DNA from: Chrysomallon squamiferum
Taxonomy: Eukaryota; Animalia; Mollusca
Direction of reading: 5' to 3'
DNA length: 64,000 bases
Assembly (NCBI GenBank): GCA_012295275.1
Contig: CM022667.1
Coordinates: 12,338,001-12,402,000 of the forward strand
Under the pieces are notes generated by a model. It saw only the letters and a program-made list of their open reading frames with translations, did no database searches and was not told the origin of the DNA. The translations under genes were made by a program, and so were the position numbers. Shown here piece after piece: positions 28,310 to 43,014 of this stretch. The stretch's first letter is position 1; every line of letters begins with the position of its first letter.

Positions 28310-29400
28310 TGTATGCAATTGTGATCATGGGTCTTGTCCATGCTTTGAATACCACTGAAATCTTGTATTCCCTCCATGTCGATTTCTTATTACCAAAGCC
28401 TAAAAAAAATTCCCATTTTCAGGCACTGCATAGTTTAATCATGGAAGCAAAAGTATAATAGATTGAACTGCAATAAATCTTGACAACGGAATCCTGGGAT
28501 GGTTTACAGAATGTCCAAGTGTTCTACAGAAGTGTTCTCAAATTAGTTCCTAGTGATGATACAATCCGTCTCAGAACAAACGCACTGATGAAGAGGCTGG
28601 AATCAAATCAAGAACAAATTCCGTCTCAGAGTTGTTGTTCCTGGACTGACTTGTAAAAATAAACGTACAGCATTCCGCCCTTGTATGAATCGGATTGGCA
28701 AATAAGACATACACGGAGAGAGAAAGAGAGATAATAAATAAATAAAAAAAAAAAAAAAAAAAAGAGTCTTCTCCCATTGCGACCAAATCTCGCTGGTCTT
28801 GGAGTATGTTTCTTTAATTTAATCAAGATTTCGTCTACACCAAGTACCTCGTAATGAGTTGGCCAAACTTCTCGGGGACCTGTCACCTTCCAAATCCCAG
28901 GGTGCTCAGCGACACCTCTGTTTTAATTATGAACCAAACCACAAGGGAGGGTTCTATTTGTACACACAGTCAATTTGTCGACGCTTTGATGAAAGCTCTT
29001 CTAAGAAAGATGGATTATTTTCAGTCAATGTCGATTGGTTTATCGCTGTTCATTGCACCATGTAATGAAGTGTTGCCAACAGAATTGGCCCCATCGCTCG
29101 GGATATTTGATAAATTTTACTTTTATTGAGATATAAATTAATTCTCCGCCATTTCGCCATTTCGCCAAAGCCAAGGCGTGCAACCGCTGAAAGACCAAAA
29201 CTGGAGAAGCCAACTCTAAGACGACAATTGATCGTTGTTCTTGTTAACTTCAAGATGGCGCGAGGCATTCCCATGTAATTCGGTAAACAAGGGATTGCTA
29301 GGCTAGGAGACAAGTCCACCTCAATAACTGTCACTGGAGTCTATTGTCCCGGGAGCCATGCGCTGACATTCCTGATTGAACACTTCGGTCCGTGTCAACT
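28310..29400 (-). mobile_element. Possible highly decayed non-LTR retrotransposon (RT) fragment
   Basis: Complex, CpG-poorer sequence. Minus-strand peptides in RT order across frameshifts: VLGVDEILIKLKKH (cf. PGPDGI...LK), CRTLGHSVNH (cf. CK.LE..VN.R), GFGNKKST (cf. GFR..RST), VVF/MDKTHD (cf. F.D..KAFD). The matches are weak. Confidence 0.3.
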
Positions 29401-29861
29401 GGAATTGAATTGAGCTGCGCTGATCTCAGAACGTCTTATGTACAGTCACGACTGTAGAACAGCCGAGTTTGGTCATTTAAAATCTGTTTATTGTTGGAAA
29501 CGGTTCTTATTTTGTATTAGTCATTCCCAAGTCTTTTAATTTAATTTTTTTTTTTTTTTTTAACCTTTTTATTTTTTTTCTCTTTATTTTATAATTATAT
29601 TTAATTTTTTTTTTTTTTTTTTCTATTTTCATTTTAGGTCAGTTTTTGTATTTTATTATAATTGCATATAAAATATAAGAGAGAGACATACACCTAAAAG
29701 ACAGACAGACAGAGAGTGAGTGAGTGAGTGAGAGAAAGATAGAGACTGAAAAGAAAGAAATACACATAGTATATAAAATAAATCATAAATTAGTAACAAA
29801 AAACAATTCACAAGTTAAAAATAATATATTACTAAAATAAAAGAAAAAGAACAATTAAACA

Positions 29862-29904
<43 letters not shown>

Positions 29905-31557
29905 GGGTTTTTAAATTATTTTTACAACTTTAAACACGTTTGATCTATTTTATTTACGAAAAAAAAAAATTCGCTTTAAATTAAATCTTTACGAATTATC
30001 TTTTTTTTTCCAACTCTGCTTATTTTTAAAGAAAACCTCTCGTTGTTAATAACATTTTACGTTCATTTCATTAAACACTTTCATAATAAAACAACAGACG
30101 ACAGAAATAAAAACTAATCACCACCATCAGACTTTCTGTTGATAACAAAATGTACTAAAGTAATTCGATACTTCGCACAAATACACAGAAATAAACACAC
30201 AGATACAGAATTGCCATTAATTCTTTTTCTGTTTTATGTAGGCACGTGCGGAGCACGGGTATTCAGTATTATGTTATTAGTCATCAGGAAGTGCGCCCGC
30301 CACAGAAATAATGTGTGATGAAAGCAAACGTTTCGTTCCCTTCGACTCCAATAACAAATAATCAACGTACACAGAGATAACATTCTTTCATTCTTTCCAG
30401 ATAGATATCTAAACACACATGCAATCAGTTACAAACACGCCGAGAAATTTTACCGGTGAACATAAAAATTATTGAGGGGCAGCAAAATTGACAATAATTA
30501 TTCTGTTACCAGACCGAGCAGAACTGGTCTGCGCTCACCTGTTTCAATCCATCAGGTTACGTGTCAGAACGCGGAACATTTGAAGATTTGCAGTCTACAG
30601 GTGGATCCGGGGCCATCACTCTTTTCACTTCCTGTACGAGTTATCTGATCTTCATGGCCAATCTACGACCTGCTGCCATTTTGTATTGGCATACGTTTGT
30701 AGTTTATTTGGATCGTGAACCTGCAGAAACCCGATCCGCGCCATCAGCAGATAAAGTAACATCGTAGCTTTTTCCCCGAGTGCGTAAGCACATAAATACG
30801 GGAGACAACTCGGCGTAGATGTATTCGTCCATCCAATTAGTACCCATTACGAGAATTCTTTGATGTGGCGGAGTCATCAATTGAGTCCAATTACTCTGGA
30901 TATCAATGCGCCGTGCTCTTGATAACTTTCCTGCGTTTTACTTTCGCATCTTTGTAAAAATAATCGTCTTCCTTATCAGTGTATTTTCGTCGGTGTGTGA
31001 GCACTAAGTTGGTGGAAATGTTGCTGTTGTGTGTGTTTTTTTTAACGGTTTTGTAAAACACAACGCACACTCTGCCGACAAGGGTCCTTGCTTTGCTGAC
31101 GGACGGAGCCACGTTAGGCAGGGAAGTGTCGGCCACGCCTGATTTGAGACGTAACTAGCTGTCGATGGAACTAACGACTTGTAGACAGAATGTTCTGCGC
31201 TGGAGGAAACTTTTTAATGTGATGTTTGTTTGCTGCGCGCGTCGCTGTCTGGTCCTGTCAATTTCTTCATAGCAGTTTCAGTTTCTTCTTCTTTTTTTTC
31301 TTTTAAATTTTACTTTTTTTCTTTCTTCTTTTTTTTTTATTATTATTTTCATTTTTTTTTTTTTTTTTTTTTTTACCTTTCTGTACTAAAACAAAAATCA
31401 TGATGTATGTGAGTTTTATGAAAACAGAAAATGAAAGCACACTTGTACGTTAATATCTGTGAATTTATTTTAGCATTGTTATCATCAGTACAATTATTAT
31501 TATCATCATCATCTTAATTATTATTTTATAATACTATATAATAATAATAAATAATAA

Positions 31558-31604
<47 letters not shown>

Positions 31605-31734
31605 TAACAACAAAAACAGTAGTTAATAAAGAAAGAAAGAAAGAAAATGCAGTTATTATCATAGTACATGTTTATTTTATAATACTCATAATACATAAAC
31701 AAATATTTTTTGAATAAATGCATGAATAAAGGTA

Positions 31735-31992
31735 TGTTTAACGACACCTTCAAATCTTGTTACTGTTTTATTATTTTTATTATTTGATATTTGAAACAAG
31801 AAACTAGCAGCAAGTAATCATTTCATACACCTTCCAGTAGACAGGAGAACAATGTTTGTTTATATACCAAATACGCGGTTTTGCTGTAACTAGAAATATT
31901 AAAGGGAAAAAAATAACGTAATGACGAAAACAGAACCTGCTCCCTTCAACTCCTTAAACAAAATCTTAACCACTGAGTTCTACCTACTCCTG
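31735..31992 (-). mobile_element. Degenerate tRNA-derived SINE (MetaSINE-like core)
   Basis: Segments in the expected order on the reverse strand: TGTTTAACGACAC (tail), TAGCAGCAAG..ATT..ATACACC.TCC...AGACAGGA (resembles the reverse complement of the Meta-domain core TCCTGTCTGTGGGATGGTGCATATAAAAGATCCCTTGCTGCTA), and AACCACTGAG.T.TAC (tRNA A-box-like head). Recognised from memory of the consensus, not by alignment. Confidence 0.55.
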
Positions 31993-32262
31993 AATTTATG
32001 TTAACCCTTCTGTTTACTAAACTCCCAAGATGTTCAGTAATACAGCAGATCTAATTATCTCGATTCTAGTTAGGAAGGGCTTAGGAAATTGAGATGTAGA
32101 TGAATTTGTGTATTTTGCGCAAAATGAAACATAAATTCTGGAGAGAGTTATTAACACTAGGCGAGATAAACTGTGTAAGTTATGTTTTGTAAAATTCTTG
32201 TTTTTTGTTTTTGTTGTTTGTTGGTTTTGTTTGGTTCGTTTATTTATTTATTTATTTATAAT

Positions 32263-32317
<55 letters not shown>

Positions 32318-33470
32318 TTATTTTATTTATATATTTTATACATTTATATATCATACATATTTAATAATAATAATTATAATAATTAGCTGTTAATTAAGGT
32401 GACATGACTAGATGGATTATCTGTATATATTTTTTTTTCTATTCTTTTCTTTTTTTAAACTTTTTCATTTTTTAGTAGTAGTATTAGTAGTTAGTTAGTA
32501 GTAGTAGTAGTAGTAGTAGTATGTATATTTCTTTTATAATTAACTAATTACTCAAAATATTTAATTTTTGGAAATAAATTGTTCAGAAAGAACGAGAAGT
32601 GTAGAAAAATTCATGTCGTATGACCTTACAGAATAGTTTATCAGTTACATTCACACCCGACAACTGAGAATAACACGCAATATTAATATTCATTTGACCA
32701 AGATCAATACGAAATACAGATTCAATGTGTCGATAAACGACATATCTTACGATAATTACGAAGACCTCGTCGGAGGGGAATAACTAACGTGTCGCTCGCA
32801 TGTTTTAGAATGAATACATTGTACGTGAGTACGTCGTTATTTCCAAAGTATCGTACACGTTCCGAGAATACGCGAGGGACGACAACCAGTCCAAGCTGTT
32901 TAGAACGTTTTTCCCTGCGGAACAAACTGCATTGACACCGGTCTACGTCCCACTGCTACCCAGCAAGCCAGTGTGTTGCATGTTTGCGGGGGTTGTTTTT
33001 TTTTTTTTTTTTTTTTTTTACGACAACCGTAAATGATTACTCCTGCCTTGGCGGGAGAGGCGTTCGGACGCATCCTGCAAGTCGCTAGGGGACGCGACGT
33101 GTTTACGGAGGCGTTGCGAACACGTGCGTCGTCCGGTACTAATGGATCGCTAAATTACGTGAACGGCTAATCGTCGAGAAAGCAGAAACTGTCCGTTTTT
33201 GTTTTCTTCTCATCTGCTTGTTGGTAAATCCACGTAGAATTGCGTGTGGAGCGCAGATCTGGTTCTGGTGACTTCCTCGTGTCTCGTATTGTTGTCGTCG
33301 TTTTATACGAACTTCCTTATCCGTGTAAATGCTGTGAGATGTTGTAATCAGTGAAATCGAGTTGCAACATCGCTCTGATTAGAATACGTCAGTGTGTATT
33401 CGGTTCAGTAATGCTTAAATAATTCAGTAGTTTAATGACATTTTCCTTCTATGGCTTTTTCTCATAGCCC

Positions 33471-33535
<65 letters not shown>

Positions 33536-34813
33536 ATAACTATATGAGGTTTTTTTTCTGTGAATGCAAGTATGTAATTTAAGTGTATGTGAGTTTATTT
33601 TCTTGATTTAACTACCGAACCCATCCGTGCCAAAAATAACCGAATTACTCTGCACTTGAAGTCAGAACTGGTTTAATCCTCGGCAAGTACATTTTAAAAA
33701 CTATTAATGCATTCTGAAGTACGGTTTTAAAATGATATCAGTGTAAAATATGTAAAAACTCCGGCACTCCACATATTATGAAACGGCAAACAAACTGCAC
33801 TGCTCAGACACGTAAACAAATAAAATACACCTCCATTTTTGTCCTACCCGCGGGCGAGACATGACGGCTAGCAAGGACGCGAATTCGGACCAGAGGTTAA
33901 CTTGGAAATCAGGACCCCTTTTTTCGCGACATGAATTAAAAACATGACAACACACATAATTATATCCGCTGCAGTGAATCATCGATTTGGTATGTGTCCC
34001 GCTGAAAAAAAAAAAATTAAAAATAAATTTTTTTTTTTTAAATTGTAAAAAGAGAAAACTACGAAACGGAGAAGGCAACTGATATTTCACGATGCAAAAT
34101 GGACAATTAAAAACACCTCGTATCGTTTTCCCATTTGCTTAAAAGAGGCTTAGTCGCTCACTTAGTTCGCGCTCGGTAGATCTGGGAGATAAACGTTTAG
34201 AAATTAAAAAAAATTCCAGTCTCTCGAACTGAGACTGCAGAGTGCCGACTTGACACGGTGTTACAAGCACAAGTGCAGATGTCGATTGCGTAAGACCTGC
34301 ATGAATTGCGCCAAGTGAAGAGCCGGCGGAGAAACCCGACTCCAAATCTCGTTTTGTTTGCTCTCCGACTTAGCTCGTCGATGACCGCCGAATTCGATAC
34401 GAAGTATTGATGAGCTGGCGGATAACACCGACAATGCATTGCTGCGATTCGAAACAGGAACCACTTGATTATATAAATCCGTCTACTTATTACATATATA
34501 TGGGTGTGCACAGTTCGGTCCAGTAAATGATATGGTCTGTTATTCAGACACTGCTCTTTTCTGAGTTTGATTAAGAATTTGTAGTCGTCGACCTTAATTG
34601 AACCCATAGTGTGTGCACATCGTGTAGTAACTATGTTCAATGCGGGCATGCGTGGTGTGTCATTTATCTCTTTGTGCTCTCTCTCACTTTCTGTCAGTCT
34701 GATTCTGTCAACATCGCCGTTTATTTCCTTCTAGTTTATCATTTATTTGGTTTCCTTCAGTGTAAATGTTTGTCTTCGTTTTTCTTTTCGTTTCCATCGC
34801 TTTCTCCTCTTTC

Positions 34814-34958
<145 letters not shown>

Positions 34959-36008
34959 ATGTCTATGTCTCTGTTATTAGAACCAGATGACATGACGTAA
35001 ACTTGAAAAATCCTAATAGTTATTCAGTCAGAAAAGAATAAAATATATATATTTTTTTTAAATCCACAGCTAATTTAATTTCTCAATAATATGAAAAGAA
35101 AATATTTACTTATAAACTTAAAGGCACCACATATTAGCACGAACGTATATAATGTGAAATAATTTGTATTTATTTAAATGTGTGTGAATGTATATGCGTA
35201 TGTGTGTGTGTGTGTGTGTGTGCGTATTTGTTGTTGGCTTTAACAGTTGTTGTAACACACTACATAATACAAACATCTAATTTTTATAACGTTTTACGTT
35301 ACTCTGAATCAAGCAAACAAAACTACGATGTCTATTATCAATGGTATTCGCAAATATCGAAAGAGGTTTTATCTGACATAAAAATCGTACTTCATTTTGC
35401 TTTTTCTTACTTTTAGTATGATAACATCGGCCTTCGGTTGCACCCGTTCGCACTTAAAACCCCCAAAGAACCACAAATTCGTCCACTCGAGAGCTAAAGT
35501 GCATAGGCGTGTATAGCATTATGCACTGAATTATTCATGTTTATTGTTTTCCTCCGAAACCTGGAGAGCACCATCAGAAAATCGATTTGCAATATACGCC
35601 ACGTCTCAGCAAAAGCGATCGCGGGGTGCAGAGGATTTGCAGGGGTATTAAATGTCGTCGTTGCAGACACCCAGTGCAGATAACGTCGCCGAGGAGGGAT
35701 ATCTGATTGTATCTCGAGTGATCCACCGGGTTGAAGTGGTTGACGCTAGCATGTACGTTGTACATGACACAACAAAACGTTTACGTGTTTTTTTACAAAT
35801 GTGTGTTCTTAATCTGGTTTAGCTTTTCTCTCTCTAACTTTTTATTTTTTTATAAACAGAAGTTTGTGTATATTTTAAGATTCTATCAAACCGAAAGGCA
35901 ATGACGTCAAAACGGTATTTCATTTCTAATGTACAGAAAATCGTTTTCAAACGTAATTTGCCTTGTATTTGTGTTTCTGAGTGCGCGTGTGTATGTTGTG
36001 TGTGTGTG

Positions 36009-36045
<37 letters not shown>

Positions 36046-36142
36046 GGCATGTTATATACGGTTTTTATATTTCGAGATTTGCAAGATGCGCTACTGTTAG
36101 CTTGCCATCCATCGCTGCTATTAGAACTACTTCTACCTTTAG

Positions 36143-36700
36143 TATCACTAATTTTGCTATTACCAGCACTAGTAACTATCACTACTTTTACTATTACCGG
36201 CACTAGTAACTATCACTAATTTTACTATTACCAGCACTAGTAACTATCACTACTTTTACTATTTACCAGCACTAGTAACTATCACTAATTTTACTATTAC
36301 CGGCGCTAGTAACTATCACTGATTTTACTATTACCAGCACTAGTAACTATCACTAATTTTACTATTACCAGCACTAGTAACTATCACTAATTTTACTATT
36401 ACCGGCGCTAGTAACTATCACTAATTTTACTATTTACCAGCACTAGTAACTATCACTACTTTTACTATTACCGGCACTAGTAACTATCACTAATTTTACT
36501 ATTACCAGCACTAGTAACTATCACTAATTTTACTATTACCGGCGCTAGTAACTATCACTAATTTTACTATTTACCAGCACTAGTAACTATCACTACTTTT
36601 ACTATTACCGGCACTAGTAACTATCACTAATTTTACTATTTACCAGCACTAGTAACTATCACTAATTTTACTATTACCGGCACTAGTAACTATCACTACT
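36143..36700. repeat. 34-35 bp minisatellite, about 16 copies
   Basis: Contiguous unit GC(A/G)CTAGTAACTATCACTA(A/C)TTTTACTATT(T)ACC(A/G), no spacers. Confidence 0.97.
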
Positions 36701-38110
36701 ATATCCACTGCTGGTGTCACCGCTAAAACTAACATTATTCTCATCATTGTGATCATCATCAAATCATCATCATCATCATCATCATTATAATTATTTTTAA
36801 ATATCGCTAATGCTACTACTGTTACTAGTACTTCGACTACTAATACTATTACTTCCACTACTGCCATTACCGTTATCACTATCACTGTTACTCCCAAGAA
36901 TAACGCAAGTACAGCTTGATAACTGTTGCTATTTATTCATTCTTTTATTTCTTTTATGTATTTTTTTTAATTACACTTTGCGATTATTATTATTGTTCCT
37001 ATTGTGGTGTTGTTGTCGTCGTCGTATTCATCATTATCATCATCATCATCGTCATCATCATTATTATTATTATTAAGTCACTGCCTCATACTCGTTTAGC
37101 TACAATCTCTCTCTCACTTCTGTACACACATCCCAACACCTTCCACGTATCTCTGCGAAATCAAACAATGAAATTCCTTTTTTTCCGGGTTGTTACGAAA
37201 TTCAGACGTCTGCCACCACTAACAGTTTATTTCGTTTCGTTTCTTTATCGGGGCACGATATTTATTTCCTCACATTCTAAAGACGACTTTATCAGTTAAG
37301 CTTGCTGACAAGTAATGTTTTACGTGTGTATAGACTATTTCCTCTGATTTTATCTCGATACTTCTTTTCCGTTTGTTTCTGGGTTTTTTTTTTTTTTTTC
37401 AAAATTGCTATTCACCCGCCATGATGAATTGGCGCATAATGCGCTTTCGCCAGTTGTTAGTTTCGTATGAAAGCGAAGCAGGCGAAGAAAAATTTGTTGA
37501 TTTTTTTTTGTTGTTGTTCTTTATCTTGTTTATTTATTTATGTATGTTCTTTTTTAAATTCTGTCTGTTCCGACAATGAAAACAGTCGTTCTGTAAGTAA
37601 ATGAATAAGCAGACAAGAAAACAAATAAATAAATTTGATCAACCAGTTGAAAATAATAAAATTCCATTTTTATCTTATTATATATATATTAAGCTATTTA
37701 TTTATATTATTTATTTAGCCGCTAATTTATTCATTTCTGTATATTTTATATATTCATTCATTGAAATGTTTGGGGGGGGCTTTTGCAACAAAAAGAATTT
37801 CAGTTTATTTACGTTGTGTATTATTTTCATAATTTATTTTTATTATTTTCTTAAATAATTTCAATGTTTATGTGAATTTGTGTGATTTTTTTTGTTGTTG
37901 TTGTTGTTTTTTGTGGGGTTGTGGGGGTTGTTCATCTTTTTCTAATGAAAATCTCTGGGTATTTTTTCATGCAAATCATTCATTTCTAACATCTCCTTCC
38001 AATGAGAGCTGGACGTTTGGAATAACAAAGTTTGTGGTTTGGATTTTCTTATTTGTTTATCTTTGTATTCAGTTATTTATTTATGTATTTATCTACTACT
38101 AATTTTGTTT

Positions 38111-38143
<33 letters not shown>

Positions 38144-38995
38144 AATTATCTCCATCTCTCTCTATCTCTTTATTTATCTGTCTATTTACGTGGCCATTTG
38201 TGGTACCGTTAGCAACTTATAATAGCTGGATTCGACATTCAAATTGTTAAATCAATGATTTAATGGATATAACGTGTTAGAATAGCTGATAAGATGAGTG
38301 TCAGAATTTTCAATAGGTTTTAACAACTGACAGCCTTGAAATATAATAACCTAATTTGTTATTACTCACATAATAATAAATCTCTTTTTTGTTCTTTTAT
38401 TTTAAATCATATTCAGTGAGAAAATTAATTATTAAAAAAAAAAAAAAAAAAAAAAAAAACATTTATTATTCTTTCAAATTTTTCATAGAAGTTGGTTATA
38501 TTTAAACATTTGAAGTATATTACAGCATATATTTATTCTTTAGATAAAAATTATTTGTAAATGTATTTCTATATATATATTTTGCATTTTATTTCAAAGA
38601 TATGTCCTTGTGCAAAATTGCCTGGCGAAGTAATAGATTGATTTTTAAACAAATTCGTCTCACTTAAGCTAAATATTATCTTAAGCAAAAAAAAAAAAAA
38701 ATATATATATATATATTTATATATATTTTTTAATTGCGATTATTATATTTATCATAATAACGAAAATTGTATATTCAAAAAAAAATTGCAGAAACCAACA
38801 CGAAAATAAGATCAATATAAAATATTGATAATCGGTTATTGGATTAAGCTAAGCTCATTAATAAATATTTTAATAACTATTTGCTTAGTGCGACATTACA
38901 AGTAGAAATGTTGTAAAAAAAAATCAGAGATAGTTTTGTAATAAGTTATAATATTGAATAAAATGTCTAAATGTTTACTTCTTAATAGATTTCCT

Positions 38996-39128
<133 letters not shown>

Positions 39129-39614
39129 CAGTCTACGTAATTACACACATATTTCTTTATATATTCTTATTTCACCTTCTGCAGAAAAAGAAAAATTAGC
39201 ATCAAACCGAAGAATTCTGACGTTATTCTGACAAAATAAAAGAAAAACTGCAATATTTCATAATTACCTCTTGCTAGAGAGAAAATAAATCAAAACTGTT
39301 ATTAATGGGGAAAAAATAAGTAATAACAAGAAAGTAATAATAATTTTTCGGTGACGTCTTCATAAATGGATCGGAACGAAAATCTAAAATATTTGTATAG
39401 CAGATACTTCGCTCGATAACATCACTGCACAGGCGTTATATAAGTAATGTAATAACAGGTGCAATATCTGTTGTAGATTTCAAGCGCCGAGTTTTTTGTG
39501 TAGGAAGTAAGGTAGACTATCGAAACCAATCATACATCAAAGAGGCAAGAAAACGAAAACCATGTTGAATGAGGTTTTTTTACTTGTTTTTTGTGTTTGT
39601 TTGTTTCTTCTGTT

Positions 39615-39691
<77 letters not shown>

Positions 39692-39894
39692 TTGTTGAGT
39701 TTTGTCCAAGTTTTATTTTTCGTTTTTACCTTTCTTCCAATTTAATTTATTTTACTAATTTTTTATTATTTACTTTTATTAATTCCTTTCTAGTATTCTT
39801 TCGTTTTTTTTTATTTTTTTTTTATATATTATTACATTATATTATTATTGTTGTTGTTGTTGTTGTTGTTGTTACTATTCTAAAATAAAAATAA

Positions 39895-39930
<36 letters not shown>

Positions 39931-40209
39931 TAATAATATGGTTATTAATAAATAAATAAATAAAATTAATAAATTAATAAATTTTATTTTCAATATAACT
40001 TCTCTTGTTTATTTATTTTAATTTAATTTAATTTATTTATTTACTTTTTTTATTTTTATTTTTTTATTTTTTATTTTTTTTTATTCCCATTTTAATTTTG
40101 TTTCAGTTATTCCCATTTTTTTTTTTTGTCTTCAGTTAATTTTTTTTTTTCTTTTTTCCTTTTCTTATTTTATATTTTTTTATTTTTTAATATATTTGTT
40201 TTAATATTA

Positions 40210-40240
<31 letters not shown>

Positions 40241-42983
40241 GATTTTATAATAATGTTAATTTAACTGTTTTAAACTTTATTTTCTTGAATTTGTTTATTT
40301 AAACATTTGTTTTATTATTTATGTATTTATAATTTGTTATTATTCGTTCGTTCTTTTTCCTTTATTCTTTCTGTTTATGATTAATTCGTACCGCAGAATC
40401 AGTCGACCTAACTACCTCATAACATCCGTGGAATGTGCTGTACCGTTTTAGAAACGCATATATACATATATATCTTCTTTTTTTTAAATTATTTATTTAT
40501 TTTATAATTTAAAAGAAATTTTGCATGATATTTTTTGTTATATATATAAATGTCGAAATACTCCTACCAAAAATAACAAAAAATATCAGGCAAAATTCCT
40601 TTTAAATTATAAAATAAATAAATGTATTTGTGCTAATGTTTTCCATTATATTTGTTGTTTTTCTTCTTCTTCATTTTTTAAAATATATATATATTTGTTT
40701 TAATAATTTTTTCCTTAAATTTTCTTTCATAATCATCATCATCATCATCACGAAACCAAAGAAAGATAAAAAAATATATATATATTCGTAGACATTTTAA
40801 TTCAGTCAATATATAATCATGTGATATAATCTTGTCCATTATGTAACACCAACAACAGGACGCATTTTATGGTGGAATAATAAACAACAATTAGAAGAAG
40901 AACAAGAAGATATTTTAGTAAATTATAACATTAAATTTTACAATTATAGCAACTCTGTCGACAAGAAAAACATTAGCATTAACTGCAACAACAAGAAGAG
41001 AAAGAGGAAAATAGACCGGTAAACATTCTCAGCATATCTAAATAAACTAATGGTCATTAACTGGTACTTTTCAGCACTACGCCTAATTAAAAATGTCGGG
41101 AGGGAGAAGGGCACGTCAGCATGCTGTTTCAATCGTGATGCCAGGTTGGCAGAATGCAAACGAGGGGTGACCACTCTAACCGTTTCATGGCGGCGCTGGT
41201 GTAGGTCCGCCAACTGACACGTGCAAATGGTGAACGTGCACTGGTCATGTGACACGACAGCAGACCTGTCCCATATTTCAAACGTGCCATTTTAAATGTT
41301 AATTAATGCATTAGCGTATAATTGTTTTTTTTCTTTCTTTTTCTTTTTTTTGTTTGTTTGTTTGTTTGTTTGTTTGTGTATTTGTTTGTTTGTTTCGTTT
41401 CATTTTTGTTTCGTTTTCGATTTATTATTATTATTTTTTATCTTTTCTTTTTTTATTATTATTATTTTTTTTATTTTATTTATTTTTTTATTTTATTTTG
41501 TTTTGTCCTGTTCCTAAATTAATTTCTTTTTCTTCTTCTTCTTCTTGGTTTTGTTCTTACTCCTGTTTATTTATTCCCTTTACTGTCAGCATTTTCTTCC
41601 TTACATAAAATAAATCATAAATTAAAAATGCTATTACATTTTTTTAAATACACTATTTATTTTTAATAGAATTTTAGCAACCATTTTCAGCAACTATGAT
41701 GGTTTAGGTTGTTATTAAGTTGGTCACGTGGTCTGGTAATTTTACATTAACATTTATATATGAAAAAATAAGAAAAATATTTAAGAAAAATATTGAATCC
41801 ATATTAAAAGATGCAAATGAATCGCATAATTAAAATACGGAAACATATACACATATAAAACACAAACAAACAAAATAAATAAATAAAAAATTGAATTTTA
41901 ACCTCCGAATGTAAGCAAAATATTTATAATTAAGAAAAATCAAAGAACATAAAATTTAAAAATAAATAAATGAATGAATAAATAAAAAAAAGGTACAATA
42001 AAAATAATAATAATAAAACAGAAAAATGAACAAACTACGACGAAAACGAAAAAAATAACGAAAAACAAAACAAAAACAAAAAAACATTTTTTTAATTTGG
42101 TTTATAACGTTTCCATTGTGGTTGTATGGAATCACTTTGGTGTAATGCTTGTTAAAACATTTCACCAAACTAATGACCAACAAAGAAGAACTAATATTAA
42201 AAACGCCTTACTGCACACGGCTTTTCTTCAGGTCCAGCATCGATGGCGTAACGTCTTTTCAGCGTGGAAACAAAGGCGTTCGACTTGTTAATACGCGAAT
42301 TATCCGCATCGCATCGCCGGCGCGTTTTTGTTTACCCAGTTTTACGAAGTTTAACGAAATAATTGACGATGTCTGACAGGACGAGTCGGGCGCGCTTGCC
42401 GAAGAATAACGAACGACTCTTTCCTTATTGAATCGCTCTGACCCCGTCTGCGACAAATGTTTCGTCCTACCCAGCAGCGAACACGGTGTCCTCCGAGTGA
42501 TTAATCGACAATCAAGAGGTGATTAAAACCGGCCGCTGATCCCGAGAAATGACGCTAATATTGCGCCAACTTTTTATTATTATTTTTTTTTTTCCGAAGA
42601 AAGCCGATGAAAAATATGCCGCGAGAACACGTGGACAAGTCGTAAAGCCTTTGCCAGACTCTACCATCCGATAATCCAAAAGCAAACATGGATGCCGACA
42701 ATCTGTTTACTCAAAGTAATCTCCAATAGGCTTTATATCTAATTTAAATTAAACAACGAATTGAGCACCAAATTGGGCGGAAATAATGAACAGAATTCTA
42801 AGTCCTTTTTTGGCCTGAATTTGCATGTGAAATGTAGAAAGTGGAAAACTCACAGCTGTCTGACTATGGAAGACATCATTTTCGCTACTCGGGGCACGAA
42901 CCCAAGATTTAGGTACTCACAAAAGGATATTCTTGCCAACTGGTCCTAAATTTCACATACTGATCTCAAACTAACCTTACTCT

Positions 42984-43014
<31 letters not shown>

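Noticed and set aside
34220-34318. Cys-rich plus-strand peptide SLELRLQSADLTRCYKHKCRCRLRKTCMNCAK
   Set aside because: No ATG, the acceptor is preceded by poly-A rather than pyrimidines, there is no partner exon, and the Cys spacing matches no family I recognise.
36143-36700. CRISPR-like array (repeat length about 34 bp)
   Set aside because: Units are contiguous with no unique spacers, there are no cas genes, and the context is intron-containing animal DNA.
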